Of a stretch of 64,000 nucleotides of DNA, positions 63,485 to 64,000 are shown piece after piece. This DNA comes from an uncultured delta proteobacterium (GTDB lineage Bacteria; Desulfobacterota; Binatia; UBA9968): the NCBI GenBank assembly GCA_963847445.1, contig CAWJZV010000030.1, positions 416,001 to 480,000 of the forward strand. Reading direction: 5' to 3'. Made by a program: the position numbers and the translations under genes. The notes beneath the pieces were generated by a model that was not told the DNA's origin, did not search any database, and worked only from the letters and a program-made list of their open reading frames with translations. The number at the start of each line of letters is the position of its first letter. The first letter of the stretch is position 1.

Positions 63485-64000
63485 TTAGGCTTTTTCTCCA
63501 ATAACAACCACCCCCGGCGCAAAATCTATGTTCAGAAGACGAAGCAAACCCCGATAACGCCAGGCCCTCAGCCTTTTTCGCAAATTCATCCGGCAAACGC
63601 GATAACCCCAAACTTTGACAAAACCGGCGCTGGCCATCCATCCTGCTAAATGACGAATACGGTATGGAGTAATGTGCGTGCTGTCGGACCAGAATGACAT
63701 CGGGTGATAAACATTAGGCGTTGAAACGAAAAGCCGTCCATTTGGAACAAGCAGTCGATGAGCTTGACGGAGCAACTCCAATCCTACTCCTGGCGGCATA
63801 TGCTCTATGACTTCGAAACAGGTGATCGCATCATACGCTCCTTGGACCGCCGTCAGATCATAGAAGTCGTGCTCATAGGTACGATCGACATCCATGCTCT
63901 TGTACTCCACCGGGAGGTGGGATTGTTGGTCAATGAAGGCCTTGAGAGACCGATCGTTGGCTCCGATATCGAGAACCCGCATATGAGGACGTAAAAACTT
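63485..64000 (-). CDS. Class I SAM-dependent methyltransferase (start may lie beyond the window)
   Basis: VLDIGAND, YDAITCFEVIEH, LVPNGRLFVSTPN. Confidence 0.85.
   Translation of the reverse strand, partial: KFLRPHMRVLDIGANDRSLKAFIDQQSHLPVEYKSMDVDRTYEHDFYDLTAVQGAYDAITCFEVIEHMPPGVGLELLRQAHRLLVPNGRLFVSTPNVYHPMSFWSDSTHITPYRIRHLAGWMASAGFVKVWGYRVCRMNLRKRLRAWRYRGLLRLLNIDFAPGVVVIGEKA

Overview
This is a GC-rich bacterial chromosome segment with no rRNA, tRNA, CRISPR array, prophage or transposase that I could see. The gene content includes many orphan substrate-binding proteins (SBPs), four amidohydrolases, two Rieske oxygenases, an F420-type LLM oxidoreductase, cofH and a UbiD. That mix resembles uncultured deltaproteobacteria-like lineages such as Candidatus Binatia (inference only). 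Many genes, including essential ones (hisS, gmk), are split by single-base indels, most likely long-read assembly errors, so several coordinates are reconstructed across frameshifts. Layout: 1-25 kb transport and catabolic genes plus a TPR-TPR-YeeE-YeeE block and a stand-alone GHKL/MORC-like ATPase; 26-30 kb hisS-aspS; 32-41 kb aapJQM, SBPs and a GGQ rescue factor; 42-46 kb opgGH; 46-58 kb miaA, mutL, ubiD, rfaE2-rpmB and rfaE1-yicC-gmk-rel; 58-64 kb LPS/surface-glycan glycosyl- and methyltransferases. The most unusual signals are mostly non-coding or tiny. (i) A nested intergenic element, seen four times, has a conserved end (GT-RR-T-TCATG-N20-23-ATGAAAAT) but carries different REP-like palindromes. 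(ii) There are four sigma-54-type promoters, two of them in front of unannotated 42-43 aa membrane micro-proteins with similar architecture. (iii) There is an orphan MORC-like GHKL ATPase. None of these is proven novel without database searches.
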